This document shows, piece by piece, positions 36,140 through 37,042 of a stretch of DNA of 37,042 nt. A program made the position numbers and the translations under genes. The stretch is from positions 60,216,181 to 60,253,222 of the forward strand of contig NC_068990.1 of NCBI RefSeq assembly GCF_001194135.2. The letters are read 5' to 3'. This DNA is from Octopus bimaculoides. Taxonomy: Eukaryota. The notes under the pieces were generated by a model that ran no database searches, had not been told where the DNA came from, and saw only the letters and a program-made list of their open reading frames with translations. The first letter of the stretch is position 1, and each line of letters begins with the position of its first letter.

Positions 36140-36451
36140 TGCCAGTACCGCCTGACTGGCTCCTGTAGGATTTTCGAGCGAGATCGTTGCCAGTGCCCCT
36201 GGACTGGCTTGTGCGGGTGGCACATAAAAGACACTATTTCGAGCGTGGCCGTTTTCGTGCGGGTGACACGTAAAAGCACCCACTACACTCTCTGAGTGGT
36301 TGGCGTTAGGAAGGGCATCCAGCTGTAGAAACTCTGCCAAATCAGACTGGAGCCTGGTGTTGCCATCCGGTTTCACCAGTCCTCAGTCAAATCGTCCAAC
36401 CCATGCTAGCATGGAAAGCGGACGTTAAACGATGATGATGATGATGATGAT
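36140..36451 (+). mobile_element. RTE LINE 3' UTR/tail
   Basis: Ends ...GCATGGAAAGCGGACGTTAAAC(GAT)n; CpGs are retained, so probably a young copy. Confidence 0.85.
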
Positions 36452-36526
36452 CTGTGTATCTACCTACCTTTCTATCAGTATCTTTCTCTCTCTCTCTCAC
36501 ACACTATCTATTTATCTATCAATCAA

Positions 36527-36587
<61 letters not shown>

Positions 36588-36588
36588 G

Positions 36589-36748
36589 TTATAATTTAGA
36601 GCAAACTGTAAAAGGTTGTCATTATAGTCCTCAGAGTTTCAAATGCTGGAGCAGAGAACTATGATACATTCTCGCTGTGTATTAATGGCAACATTTGAAA
36701 CTCTGAGTACTATAATGACAACCTTTTACTATTTGTTCTAAGTTATAA
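36589..36748. repeat. Inverted repeat, 57-bp arms
   Basis: Arms 36589-36645 and 36692-36748 with 5 mismatches and a 46-nt spacer. Confidence 0.9.
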
Positions 36749-36805
36749 CATATATAAATAATCTTCTATTTATCTAATATTGAGGTCTCATTCTTTTGTT
36801 GTTAC

Positions 36806-36861
<56 letters not shown>

Positions 36862-37042
36862 TAAAGACTTTCTTTCACCTTAGGATGTAACTTAAAATCA
36901 GCATTATTTTGAAAGAATTTTTGTATTTTACATTAATGTAGGCATGTTTTTAAGTTAAGAAACAATTTGTCATGATATTAGAATTTTCTTATTGTTAAAT
37001 AAAATTTCATGAAACTATTTCTCTGTCATTTATGACTATATA

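Overview
AT-rich, microsatellite-laden eukaryotic genomic DNA from a gapped draft assembly. There are eight N-runs: 3155-3732, 16904-17538, 26201-26404, 27488-27557, 29616-30116, 33376-34258, 34726-34735 and 35437-36139. The repeat content (tRNA-head SINEs with an internal TA/CA microsatellite, RTE LINE tails ending in (GAT)n, many mariner relics) looks like a coleoid cephalopod, probably Octopus; this is from recall, not a search. Only one protein-coding gene is clearly supported: an intact, intron-free MORN5 CDS on the minus strand (16174-16710). Most of the rest is TE debris: four mariner transposase relics, mariner/Tc1 and piggyBac-type MITEs, RTE and CR1 LINE 3' ends, a Penelope-like RT + GIY-YIG element and many SINEs. 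Best leads: (1) the intron-free MORN5 and where its promoter and first exon lie; (2) a mariner whose transposase middle is replaced by about 950 bp containing a CpG-rich promoter-like cassette, 1.8 kb upstream of MORN5; (3) several long fold-back elements, one with 130-bp arms; (4) a sharp mosaic of CpG-retaining islands within CpG-depleted DNA. Repeat boundaries were placed by eye and are approximate unless TIRs or TSDs are quoted.
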